Positions 10,009-19,352 of a stretch of 64,000 bases of DNA are shown here, piece after piece. The position numbers and the translations under genes are program-made. The DNA is from a virus (lineage: Duplodnaviria > Caudoviricetes). Numbering within the stretch: the first letter of the stretch is position 1; each line of letters starts with the position of its first letter. The stretch lies in IMG/VR virus record IMGVR_UViG_2643221933_000001, positions 16,451 through 80,450 of that record. One strand, written 5' to 3'. The notes under the pieces are model-generated. The model was not told the DNA's origin. It made no database searches and worked only from the letters and a program-made list of their open reading frames with translations.

Positions 10009-12406
10009 CATCTTCGCCACCCACGCGCCGCTCTACTGGGCCGCTGGCCTGCCGGCGATCCCGCTGATCTACGAGAACAAGCGCCCCGCGATCCCGCGCT
10101 GGCAGACCTACTCCGACGCTTTCCCGACCAAGGATGAGCAGCAGGGCTGGCTGAACGCCTTCGCATCCGGCAACATCGGTCTGCCGATGGGTCCGGCCGC
10201 GGGTCTGGTCGCGATCGACATCGACTCCGAAGATCCAGTTGTGCTGCAGGTTCTCGACCGCATCCTGCCGCCGAGCCCGTGGCACCGCGTCGGCCGCAAG
10301 GGTCGGGTCCAGATCTATCGCTGGTCCGGCGAGCGTACGGCCCGCATCAAGGCCGAAGACGGCTCGATGATCTGCGAAATCCTGTCGAAGGGTACGCAGT
10401 TCGTGCTGCCGCCGTCGATCCATCCGGACACCAAGCAGCCCTACACGGCGAACGGCGATCTCTGGGAGATCGCGAAGAACGCCCCTGCCCTGCCCCATGA
10501 CTTCGAGCGTGTGCTGAAGGGCGCGTTGCGCGAGGCAGGCATCCCGGTTTCAACCGGCGGCGGTGGCAAGACGGCCAGCTATGTGCCGGCCGGCGCCCGC
10601 GATGCGACCATGGTGTGGATGGCCGGCCTGCTGGCCCGCGCCGTGCTCCGCGGCGAGCGCCCGCTGCTCCAGGTTCTGGGTGAGATGCAGGCGTGGGTGG
10701 AGAACTTCGTCGAGAAGGTCGTCGGGGATCCGCTCAGCGTCGACAAGGCTCAGCGCAAGGTCGTCGAGTTCCTCGTCCGCGACGTGACGTCCGAGGCTCG
10801 CAAGGCCCTGCCGCTCGGCTGGGACGAGGGTCTGAGCGCCGAAGAGATCGAGCGCCTGGGTCTGACCTTCACGGAGGACGACAAGACGTGGTCCGTGCAG
10901 ATGATCCTCGACATGCTGGCGGCTGAGTTCGAACGTCACCCTGAGCCGCGCTCCGAGGGTCGGATGTCGGCCATCAACGTCGCGCTCGATCGGATCGTCC
11001 GGTCGAACCCCGTCATGGGCCCGCTCGACGAGGGTATGGTCCTCAAGTTCATCACCTCGCAGCAGGCCGGCAGCATCTCGCTGACCGATCTGAAGAAGCA
11101 GCTGCTCACCCTGCGCCGCGGCGACATCCTCGGTGAGACGCATGCTGAGCTGGCCGAGGCCTGCCTCTCGTTCCTGCGGGTCTATGGTGACGTCCGCTAT
11201 GACGCTTCGGCGTTCTGGCAGTGGCGCGGGGCTGCTTGGGTGAAGTGCCAAGAGCCCGAGCTGCTGAAGATCATCGCTGAGAACTACGGCTCGTACCCGG
11301 CCGGCCGGCGCCAGTCCGACCACAGCGGGATTTTGAAAGTCATGAAGGCGATCGCCGCCTCCCCGCTGCGGAACTCGTACGTGAAGGGCGTCAATTTCGC
11401 CAACGGCTACCTGACGGAGAAGATCGAGCTGGTCGCCCACGCGGAAGATTTCGGCATGACCTACACCCTGCCCTACCGGTACATGCCGGAAAAGGCCGGC
11501 CACATGCCGATGTTCGACCAGTTCCTGAACGATTGCTGGGCGACGGACCCCGACTACGGCGACAAGCTGCTGGCTCTGCAGGAGGCGATCGGCGTCTCGC
11601 TCATGGCTCGGGCGCCGGATTACGAGATGGCGTTCCTCCTGTTCGGCCAGGCTGGGTCGGGTAAGTCGGTACTGCAGTCGATCATGAAGGGACTCGTCCC
11701 GTTTGGCTCGAGCGCCTCGATTGCGCCGACCGACTGGGGTGACCGGTTCCTGCCGGCCGAGATGTTCGGCAAGATCATCAACTTCGCGGGTGAGCTGTCG
11801 GAGACGCGGCCGATCCCGGGCGACATCTTCAAGAAGGTCGTGTCGGGCGAGAGCATGACGGTCCAGTACAAGAACGGTCAGCCCTTCAATTTCGATCCGG
11901 AAGCGGCTCACTGGTTCAATTCGAACTTCCTGCCGAAGACGCGGGACAGCTCGGAAGGGTTCAATCGTCGCTGGCTGATCCTCGAGTTCAACAACAGGGT
12001 CGATCCGTCGAAGCGCATCATCGATCTGGATCAGCAGATCCTCGAGCATGAGCGTGAAGCGATCGTCGCCTGGGCCATTCAGGGCTACAAGCGGGTGCTG
12101 GATCAGGGCAAGTTCACGATGCCGACGTCGTGCCTCGCGCTGGTGGAGTCGATGGCAGCGGACAACAACACGGTTCGTCACTTCCTGACGTCGCCGGGGA
12201 CGCCGCTGAAGTGGGGCGTCGAGCACAGCATCGCGATGCCGGACCTTCACACCCACTATTGGCAGTTCATGCTGTCGACGGGGGCGTCGAACCGGGCGAA
12301 CCTCACGAAGTTCGCGAAGCTGATGAAGGAGCTGTCGGGAAGCCTGCCGTTTCAGATCGATATCCGCGGGAACGGCGAGCTGAGCTACCTGGGCGTGGGG
12401 GTCTAG
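9998..12406 (+). CDS. Bifunctional primase-polymerase (Prim-Pol) fused to D5/P4-type SF3 helicase
   Basis: N-terminal K.P..W, NIG, IDID and VLPPSIHP motifs; C-terminal GQAGSGKS Walker A, KKVVSGE, N.LP..D.SEG..RRW. Confidence 0.9.
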   Translation: MVSNIFATHAPLYWAAGLPAIPLIYENKRPAIPRWQTYSDAFPTKDEQQGWLNAFASGNIGLPMGPAAGLVAIDIDSEDPVVLQVLDRILPPSPWHRVGRKGRVQIYRWSGERTARIKAEDGSMICEILSKGTQFVLPPSIHPDTKQPYTANGDLWEIAKNAPALPHDFERVLKGALREAGIPVSTGGGGKTASYVPAGARDATMVWMAGLLARAVLRGERPLLQVLGEMQAWVENFVEKVVGDPLSVDKAQRKVVEFLVRDVTSEARKALPLGWDEGLSAEEIERLGLTFTEDDKTWSVQMILDMLAAEFERHPEPRSEGRMSAINVALDRIVRSNPVMGPLDEGMVLKFITSQQAGSISLTDLKKQLLTLRRGDILGETHAELAEACLSFLRVYGDVRYDASAFWQWRGAAWVKCQEPELLKIIAENYGSYPAGRRQSDHSGILKVMKAIAASPLRNSYVKGVNFANGYLTEKIELVAHAEDFGMTYTLPYRYMPEKAGHMPMFDQFLNDCWATDPDYGDKLLALQEAIGVSLMARAPDYEMAFLLFGQAGSGKSVLQSIMKGLVPFGSSASIAPTDWGDRFLPAEMFGKIINFAGELSETRPIPGDIFKKVVSGESMTVQYKNGQPFNFDPEAAHWFNSNFLPKTRDSSEGFNRRWLILEFNNRVDPSKRIIDLDQQILEHEREAIVAWAIQGYKRVLDQGKFTMPTSCLALVESMAADNNTVRHFLTSPGTPLKWGVEHSIAMPDLHTHYWQFMLSTGASNRANLTKFAKLMKELSGSLPFQIDIRGNGELSYLGVGV

Positions 12407-12488
12407 TTATGGACCCACGGGCACCTTGCAATAAAGCGGGAGGTTCGTCACAACCATACATCTGAACAACTCGGAACGCACTTCGCTA

Positions 12489-13634
12489 ATGGTCTACACT
12501 GCAGTAACGTTTGACACTCAGATCTTTCGCACCAACAGTTTTGACTTTGATGGGGGCCTGCTCAATCAGTTAAAAAAATTGCGGCACGATTCTATCGACG
12601 TAGTTGTGTCAGAAATAGTAATTAGCGAGATACTGAAACAGCTTACTGAGTATACCCAGCAGCTAATGAGTAATTTAGATTCGGCGCAAAAAAAGGCGCG
12701 GGATGCTAATATAATTCCTGCGTCGGTTTATGATCTTGGCCGTGATCAAGCGGCCCAGATTGCTCTGAAGAGGCTTAAAGATTACCTTAATTTTCTCAAT
12801 GTTATCGTTATCAAATATGATGGCTTGAAGCTCACAGAACTTTTCGACCATTATTTTGCACGAAAACCGCCATTCTCAGCAGGGAAAAAGTCTGAGTTCC
12901 CCGATGCCGTTGCATTACTCACGTTAGACGCTTGGGCGGAAAAATGTGGGGCAAAAATACTTGCTATTAGCGGAGATAAAGACTGGTTTTTGTATAGTGG
13001 TGTATCCGCGCACATCGACGTAGTCGAGGATATTGCGAGTGCGCTAGACCGATTAAATCCTCAGTCGGATGAGGGTAGAGTTATCGCAGGGCATGCCCTG
13101 GATCTGATAGCTTCAGGAAGTGAACCTGAACTTATCGAGCGAATGAATCTACTAATTCAGGATTCGCTCGACAACGCGCGCGTCGACGCTTCTGCTGATA
13201 GCCACTATCACGTTGAAGCCGATGACGTGACGCTACTACTTAGAGATTTCAAAATCCGAGATACTTCGGATTTTGATCTATTGCTCGAAGCTGAGGACAA
13301 GAGTGAACTTGTAGTAGCTATCCAAGCAGATCTCGTAGTCGAGGCCACAACGGAATTTCGTCTCTCGGTGTATGACAAGAAAGACAAGCAGTATTCTGGT
13401 TTGGGCACGACCCCCATGCGTATATTCGAAACGTTAGACGCGCAGCTCCTCCTCACTTTGACAAACCTAAAAGGCAAGATTGGCGTCTCAAAACTTGAGA
13501 TTACAAAACTTCCGAAATGGATCGATTTTGGGTTAGTTGAGCTAAGTTTCGCAAATGATTATTGGCTGGAACGATTTGATGAGTTGCTCGAATCGGAATC
13601 TAGCAGCGGACTAGATGATGATATTCCAATCTAG
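12489..13634 (+). CDS. PIN-domain protein (DUF4935/PIN_8-like), low-GC moron
   Basis: FDTQIF, IVISE, KPPF..KKSEFPDA, ISGDKDW; markedly AT-rich. Confidence 0.8.
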   Translation: MVYTAVTFDTQIFRTNSFDFDGGLLNQLKKLRHDSIDVVVSEIVISEILKQLTEYTQQLMSNLDSAQKKARDANIIPASVYDLGRDQAAQIALKRLKDYLNFLNVIVIKYDGLKLTELFDHYFARKPPFSAGKKSEFPDAVALLTLDAWAEKCGAKILAISGDKDWFLYSGVSAHIDVVEDIASALDRLNPQSDEGRVIAGHALDLIASGSEPELIERMNLLIQDSLDNARVDASADSHYHVEADDVTLLLRDFKIRDTSDFDLLLEAEDKSELVVAIQADLVVEATTEFRLSVYDKKDKQYSGLGTTPMRIFETLDAQLLLTLTNLKGKIGVSKLEITKLPKWIDFGLVELSFANDYWLERFDELLESESSSGLDDDIPI

Positions 13635-13657
13635 AGGCGCCTTTAGGCGCCTTTTTT
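13635..13657 (+). terminator. Intrinsic terminator
   Basis: AGGCGCCT-TT-AGGCGCCT followed by a T tract. Confidence 0.75.
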
Positions 13658-13990
13658 CGTTGCAAAAACAGCGATCTACAGGTGGGTACACTGTACTCGC
13701 AACATTCTGCTATGGGCGGATCGAGGTTTTTGCGTCAAGTTTTGGGTCAACGGAACACGGATCGAGGTTCGGGGCCCTATGATAGCAGTCGGAATTTCGA
13801 AAAATTTCCCGGAGTTTGTCTGACCCTATTAAGGGCCAATACCTCAATAAAATCATAGAATTACGTGGTACCCTTCGTGTGCAAAGCGTGCGGCCAGGGT
13901 CTAGGTTGGTGACAGTCGATCGATGGATCGGCGGGGCGGGGTCCGTGATGGGCCTTCGTCTCGATGGGGGACGTGTGTCCTCCGGTCACT

Positions 13991-14033
13991 TCTCCCCCAC
14001 GGGGGAAAACGAAACTCTCCCCCACGGGGGAAA
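13991..14033. repeat. Two 18-bp direct repeats TCTCCCCCACGGGGGAAA, each with an internal palindrome
   Basis: Copies at 13991-14008 and 14016-14033. Confidence 0.85.
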
Positions 14034-14052
14034 CAAGCGAAGGCGCAAGACA

Positions 14053-14817
14053 ATGGCTAACGAAGTTAAGTCTAACGAAGTCAAGGCTACTGAAGTAAAG
14101 GCAACGGGCTATCAGACGGCGACGGTGGTCGCACGTATCATGGACATGGACGTTGACGCACAAGGTAATGCTGAAAAAGCAGCTTGGAAAAGATACATGG
14201 GCCTTGCGCTTCTGGCCATTGCCAAGGGCGTGGATAAGAAGAAGCTGATTGAAGCCGTCTTCGGCAAGGGCGGCAAGGCCAGCAAGACATTCCAGAATAT
14301 GTATTCCATGGCCGACAAGGCGCGGAACACGGTGCTCGGCAACCGGTCATGGGACGAAATTCGCGCCATGAACATGGACGAAGCGACGGCCACGGTGCTG
14401 ACCATGATCAATCGGCACATGCTAACGCTCGATGTGTCGAGCAAGAATGACTATGACAAGGTTTGCAACCTGTCTCCGTCCGAAGCGGCCGCAAAGCGCG
14501 AAGCGGACAAAGCGGCCGCTAATGAAGAAGCGGCTGAAAAGATTGCCAAGGCCGAAGCCGATGCAGCGGCCGCGACCGAAGCCGAAGCCGAAGCGCAAAG
14601 CAAGGCGGATGCAAAGCCGGAACGTACGGCGGCCGAAGCGGCAATCGGGGCACTGGCCGAAGCAAGCCGCGATGACTTGATGACGGTCATGGCCCACATC
14701 GTCGGCCGCATGAGCGTTGACGACATGCACATGATGCATGAGCAGCTGGCCGCGATGCTGGCCAATGCCAAGCCGGTCGCAGTCGAGGCGACGGAAGCCG
14801 AAGCCGCCGCGGCCTAA
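14053..14817 (+). CDS. Hypothetical Ala/Lys/Glu-rich early protein
   Basis: 254 aa from ATG 14053; followed by a UNCG hairpin. Confidence 0.75.
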   Translation: MANEVKSNEVKATEVKATGYQTATVVARIMDMDVDAQGNAEKAAWKRYMGLALLAIAKGVDKKKLIEAVFGKGGKASKTFQNMYSMADKARNTVLGNRSWDEIRAMNMDEATATVLTMINRHMLTLDVSSKNDYDKVCNLSPSEAAAKREADKAAANEEAAEKIAKAEADAAAATEAEAEAQSKADAKPERTAAEAAIGALAEASRDDLMTVMAHIVGRMSVDDMHMMHEQLAAMLANAKPVAVEATEAEAAAA

Positions 14818-15007
14818 GCCTCCCGGCCTCCCCTACGGGGGAGGCCTTGCCCACCACCACAATCTAGGGTCGCGTATCATTCGCATGTGCCTAGTGGCGC
14901 GTGTCGAAAGTCGACGACCCGTGTCTCGCGAACCTGGTTCGCGGACCTGATCCGCTGCCCATGCGGCAGAATTTCCTCTCAAAAACCGCGAAGGATGGAG
15001 TTTCGAA

Positions 15008-15409
15008 ATGATCCTCGAAACCACGAACCCGAAATACCTCACCCGCCCCCAAATTCCAGCCGGCCGCAAGTTCGCGTTCCAGACGCATGACCGCGCCGAC
15101 CTCGAGTATATTAGCGATGGCACACGATCCATGGCTCGGGGCGAACTCCAAACCGAAAACTTCGTCGATCGCAAGCCTCATGAGGCCCCGATCCCGAACC
15201 GCGAACCCCAGCCGAAACCGCGTGGCTCGTCCCTCACGCTGTTTGACGAGGCCCACGATGCGCCGCTCTGGCTCATCATCGACCTCACGACGGGTGTGGT
15301 TTTCGCTCGGGTTCGCGGTTCGCTGCCCTGGGTCGTGGATCAGGTTCGCCTGGCCGCATCCCAGCTCGGCGGCAAGGAAAGCGACCTTTATTACAAAAGG
15401 GCAAACTAA
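15008..15409 (+). CDS. Hypothetical protein
   Basis: GGAG SD; coupled to the next gene. Confidence 0.65.
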   Translation: MILETTNPKYLTRPQIPAGRKFAFQTHDRADLEYISDGTRSMARGELQTENFVDRKPHEAPIPNREPQPKPRGSSLTLFDEAHDAPLWLIIDLTTGVVFARVRGSLPWVVDQVRLAASQLGGKESDLYYKRAN

Positions 15410-15630
15410 TGTTCCAGAACACCTTCGAGCATGGATACCACGACGGTATCCGGGGTCGTCAGCGGCTCCTCAACAACCCCGACTACCGCTCTGGCTACGA
15501 GACGGGGTGCAAGCGCCTCAAGTCTGACCAGCGGCTCAGCCTCTGGGTCAGCGCGTTCCTGATCCTCGTGGTCGCCGTGGCCATCACGGTGCTTGCCGCC
15601 AATGCGGTTGCGCAGGGGATGCCGGTATGA
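15409..15630 (+). CDS. Small membrane protein
   Basis: C-terminal hydrophobic helix; TAATG coupling. Confidence 0.6.
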   Translation: MFQNTFEHGYHDGIRGRQRLLNNPDYRSGYETGCKRLKSDQRLSLWVSAFLILVVAVAITVLAANAVAQGMPV

Positions 15631-15800
15631 CGGAGTTCTTCTACCTGGACCGGCATGGCCGGCTGATGGGCTCCCTCATGGCGTTCAACTTTCGCGATGC
15701 CCATTCGTGGCTCACGCGACAGGGTGTCACCTACCACGAGGTGACGAAGTTCAAGCCGCGGGTTCGCAAGGGTCGGGACCGCAGGGTGGCTGTGGTTTGA
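15627..15800 (+). CDS. Small hypothetical protein (57 aa, MTEFFYLDRH...)
   Basis: ATGA overlap; missing from the ORF track. Confidence 0.5.
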   Translation: MTEFFYLDRHGRLMGSLMAFNFRDAHSWLTRQGVTYHEVTKFKPRVRKGRDRRVAVV

Positions 15801-15854
15801 GGGCTGACTCGAAGATCGGAATCGGGTTCGGGTTCGGCCACAGTGGTGTGGCTG

Positions 15855-16020
15855 AACGAGAGTACAGTGTATAGGGATTTTCCTAGTCCGGTTACTTTGA
15901 AGGCCCTTTTATTATATCTTCTTTTTCTTCTACTTTCCCTTAGAGAGAGAGAAAGGAGTATAGTGTATAAAGAAAGCAGTAGGGTAGTTAGTCACCCTCT
16001 GTTTTGGGATTAGTCCCAAT
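15855..16020. other. Putative replication origin / AT-rich regulatory region
   Basis: Non-coding, very AT-rich, pyrimidine tract then purine tract, two copies of the TACACTRTACTC motif. Confidence 0.4.
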
Positions 16021-16142
16021 CTACCCGCGTGGCTAAAACCGCCACAGCAGCCCACCAGCGGCGATCCTCCCCTGCAGGGGAGCACCACACCACCCAGACC
16101 CACAAAATGCCTGTAGCCCTCGGATGCAACCACGGGAAATGA

Positions 16143-16448
16143 ATGTCCATGTCTAGTCACCGCTTTGACATCCAACCAATCGCCAACTCGAACCGCGGGC
16201 CGGTCTACGAGGTCCGCTTCCGAGGCGAGACCCTCATCCCGCGAACCGCGAAGCCGGCCGCGGACGCATGTCGCGCCCTTCAGGCCCTCGGTTTGACCGG
16301 GCAAGCCGAGATGTGGGGCGATGACAAGCACCGCATGACCTTCCCCAACCTCGAGCGGGCCGCGCTCTTCACCACGACTGAGGGTGAGATGAGCGGCCCC
16401 AAGATCATCAAGTACGTGCCCTTCAATCGTGGAGCATTCGAGTCATGA
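16143..16448 (+). CDS. Hypothetical protein
   Basis: 101-aa ORF in the early operon. Confidence 0.65.
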   Translation: MSMSSHRFDIQPIANSNRGPVYEVRFRGETLIPRTAKPAADACRALQALGLTGQAEMWGDDKHRMTFPNLERAALFTTTEGEMSGPKIIKYVPFNRGAFES

Positions 16449-16609
16449 ACCTGACCGGCAACACCCGCTACCGCGCCAACTGGCGCGCCAAACTCATCCT
16501 CCAGGTCGAAGAGACCTAGATGCGTGACCCGGTCGACGGGTTCTCGATGCCAACCCGCTGCACCTGGTGGCGCGATGCTCGGGTCGAAGACCTACCAATC
16601 ACCGCCTAA
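16445..16609 (+). pseudogene. Small phage gene interrupted by an in-frame TAG at 16517
   Basis: MNLTGNTRYRANWRAKLILQVEET*MRDP...WWRDARVEDL reads as one continuous family-like sequence. Confidence 0.5.
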
Positions 16610-16679
16610 CCCCCTCCCCCTTCATCCAACCCTTGAACCGCGATCCCGAACCAAAACCGGGTCCGCGAATGGAGACGTC

Positions 16680-17255
16680 ATGCGAAATCCCCTCGAAATC
16701 CTCACCCAGGCACAGAACCTGATCCGCGATCCAAACCATTGGACACAGGGTGCCTACGCTCGAAACGAGCACGGCCACTCCCTGATGATCGACGACGACG
16801 GCGTCACCTGCTTCTGCTCCCTCGGGGCGCTGCGCAAGGCAGCGAACAGCGATCTCTACCCACCAGGATTTTCCTATCTGCAGGCTGCGGCCAGGCAGCT
16901 GGATGACAGCCCTAACCTCGTCGACTTCAACGACGAGCACACCCACGCCGAGGTGATGGCGCTCTGGGACAAGGCCCGTGAACTGGCCGGCGCTCGCCTG
17001 TTCAACTGCTGCACGGACCACGCCACTCCGGACTGGACCCGCTTCGACGGCCTCGAATTGGGAGGCTGCACCGATGACGAGGGCTACACGAATGGTGGCA
17101 TCGACCGCAAGGACGCCGAGTTCTTCACGATCTACGGCCACCTCAAGGAAGGCGGCGTCGAGGCCCTCACCGATGTGAAGGACTTCAACGACGCTCAGCT
17201 CGTCCTGGCCGAGCTTGCGAGCATCTCCGATCTCCCCACCTCGATCGTGTGCTGA
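16680..17255 (+). CDS. DUF6197-like protein with a C-terminal extra domain
   Basis: WTQGAYAR, CFCSLGAL, FND..THAEV motifs; paralog of 18707-19063. Confidence 0.65.
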   Translation: MRNPLEILTQAQNLIRDPNHWTQGAYARNEHGHSLMIDDDGVTCFCSLGALRKAANSDLYPPGFSYLQAAARQLDDSPNLVDFNDEHTHAEVMALWDKARELAGARLFNCCTDHATPDWTRFDGLELGGCTDDEGYTNGGIDRKDAEFFTIYGHLKEGGVEALTDVKDFNDAQLVLAELASISDLPTSIVC

Positions 17256-17256
17256 C

Positions 17257-17367
17257 ATGCGCCGCATCTCGAAATCCGAATGGTATCGGATCGGCGGGTT
17301 CCGGAACTCCAAATGCTTCCGGCGCGGCACCCCTGACGGCTGGACCTATTGGGTGACCATCTGGTGA
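17257..17367 (+). CDS. Small hypothetical protein (36 aa)
   Basis: Fills the operon gap; GTGA overlap with the next gene. Confidence 0.4.
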   Translation: MRRISKSEWYRIGGFRNSKCFRRGTPDGWTYWVTIW

Positions 17368-17552
17368 CCCCCGAACGCGCCCTCCTCCGCAGGATCGAGC
17401 ATTGGGCCCAGACCAAATGCCCCTGCAAGAACGAACAGCCGAACCCCTGCCCGCTGTGCGGGGCTTCGGTCGAGAACCTCGAGCCTTGCAAGGCCGTCGA
17501 GAACATCTTCCCCCGCGACATCCTCCGCGAACTGCGAGACATCCTCCGATGA
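17364..17552 (+). CDS. Small Cys-rich protein
   Basis: CPC and CPLC motifs; coupled. Confidence 0.5.
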   Translation: MTPERALLRRIEHWAQTKCPCKNEQPNPCPLCGASVENLEPCKAVENIFPRDILRELRDILR

Positions 17553-17806
17553 AAAAGATCCTGACCCTCAGCCTCCTGGGCCTCGCCCTTGTCTCATGCC
17601 AAGCCGAATACGAAGCCGTGAAACGGCGCGAACTTCGTGAAGTTCAGGCCAAAATGCCCAGCGACTGCCAGCTCTATGATCTGGGAGATTACGGCCGGAT
17701 CGACCAGCTCGTGATGATCCGCTGCCCCGACAGCCAGACTACGACGACGGGCTATGACCGGGCCGGCAAGACCCAGCATATCTCGGCAGTTCAGGTGAAC
17801 GGCTGA
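17549..17806 (+). CDS. Small lipoprotein
   Basis: MKK + hydrophobic stretch + LVSC lipobox. Confidence 0.65.
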   Translation: MKKILTLSLLGLALVSCQAEYEAVKRRELREVQAKMPSDCQLYDLGDYGRIDQLVMIRCPDSQTTTTGYDRAGKTQHISAVQVNG

Positions 17807-17808
17807 TC

Positions 17809-18078
17809 ATGGGCGACCGAGGCATCGCCATCCTGTCGGGCAACCACATGGCTGCACTCGCAGCTGTGGTCGCCGCGACCCAGAACCCGTTCCTGATCCA
17901 GAGCCCGAACCCCCGCGACATGTTGAGGCTCGACAACCTCGATCTCTACGGAGCGCCCAAGGACATCCACCGTGGCCCGATCCGTCTGGGTAATTCCCCA
18001 CCCGTCCATCGGGTGGCTGACCCTGCAACGAAAGCGGCCCGCAAGGCGCAGCGCAAAGCTCGAAGGAAGTCCCGTTAA
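17809..18078 (+). CDS. Hypothetical protein with basic C-terminal tail
   Basis: Ends KAARKAQRKARRKSR. Confidence 0.6.
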   Translation: MGDRGIAILSGNHMAALAAVVAATQNPFLIQSPNPRDMLRLDNLDLYGAPKDIHRGPIRLGNSPPVHRVADPATKAARKAQRKARRKSR

Positions 18079-18093
18079 AGACGGACTAACATT

Positions 18094-18387
18094 TCACAGA
18101 TGTTTTGGCTTAGGTGTAAGGAGCTTGTCTTCCTGCTTCTCTCTAAGCCTCTCAATAACCTTCTCACGCTGCGCTAACGTGAGATGTTGCATACAATTGC
18201 TGCCAGATCTCGCAGACTCTCTAACCATCGATACCCAGGATTTAGCTCCCCCAAATAAGTCGAGGGTGAGAGCGCTTTTAATAAACTCCAATCCTGCTTT
18301 GTGCGCTGGCTCGTTCGCATCGTTCACGCACTTCTCGAAGTCTTTCCAGCGCTGCTCGTCAGTCCGGTTGTCTACGTCTGTCATCAC
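18094..18387 (-). CDS. Hypothetical low-GC moron protein
   Basis: GAGG SD; opposite strand; AT-rich. Confidence 0.55.
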   Translation of the reverse strand: MMTDVDNRTDEQRWKDFEKCVNDANEPAHKAGLEFIKSALTLDLFGGAKSWVSMVRESARSGSNCMQHLTLAQREKVIERLREKQEDKLLTPKPKHL

Positions 18388-18706
18388 GTCGTTCCTCTGT
18401 CACACCGAGTGTTGGATTATAATCACGATATGCACGAACCCATCGCCTCAACTCTCTCGACCCCTGAATGACGACTGTCAGAAAGGCACCTAACGCTGCG
18501 AGCAGCGTCACTATGTCCTGGACCATACTTGTACTCCTTAACTGGAGCACATTCTAGGAGTTGTTGGTTTCAAATTCGTTAATAAAACGTAAAAGCGAAT
18601 TACGTGAATTCAATGACTTAGCTCAGGAAGTCCGACTTTCTTCCCTATTCAACCTATCAGCCTCGATTGAATCCTTAACGTTCGAATTCAAGCAGGAACC
18701 TCACCC

Positions 18707-19063
18707 ATGAATGAAATCTACAGTGTGCTCGAAAGAGCGCAATCGCTAATCCGCGACCCCAAAAACTGGGCGAAGGAGGCCTATGCTCGAGACGAGAATG
18801 GGTCAGACGTCACAGAACGGGACTGCAACCTCTATGAGGCAACCGACCCCCGGGCCACCTGCTGGTGCTCGGTCGGCGCTGTGCTCAAGGTCGCGGACCT
18901 CCCGATCTCGACTGACAACCACCCGGCACTGAGCCTGCTTGAGAAAGCGGCGGGAGGCAGCGGCCCGGGCCTGATCCCAGAGGTGAACGACGGCTCGACG
19001 CACGCCGAGATCATGGCGTTGTTCGACAAAGCGAAGGAGCTGGCCCGTGCATCAGCTGCCTAG
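18707..19063 (+). CDS. DUF6197-like protein
   Basis: W.K.AYARD, CWCSVGAV, ND..THAEI motifs. Confidence 0.65.
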   Translation: MNEIYSVLERAQSLIRDPKNWAKEAYARDENGSDVTERDCNLYEATDPRATCWCSVGAVLKVADLPISTDNHPALSLLEKAAGGSGPGLIPEVNDGSTHAEIMALFDKAKELARASAA

Positions 19064-19352
19064 CGCCCGGGGTGACCGCACCCTGCATTTCAAGAACCTG
19101 AACCGGTACCAGACAGACGGCTACCCCGCCGCCCAGATGGACGGCAAGTTCTGGGAGATCGACGAGGCGATCTACGACGAGTTCCTCGAAATGCTCCCTC
19201 CCCGCTACTGCACCGGCGGCTTCCGCATGATCGAGGAGCTGACCGACAACCTGGCGGCGACGTTCCAGAAGGTCGGGGGCCGCTACTGGTGCTCCTACGT
19301 CGTGCCGCAGGACGTCACCCGGATCTACAACCACATCTCGAGGCTACCATGA
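19047..19352 (+). CDS. DUF1419-like protein
   Basis: WEIDE..YDEFLEMLPP...F.M.E..T...F...GRYW. Confidence 0.6.
   Translation: MHQLPSARGDRTLHFKNLNRYQTDGYPAAQMDGKFWEIDEAIYDEFLEMLPPRYCTGGFRMIEELTDNLAATFQKVGGRYWCSYVVPQDVTRIYNHISRLP

Noticed and set aside
18578-18597. CtrA box (TTAA-N7-TAAA)
   Set aside because: Single imperfect match in an AT-rich patch
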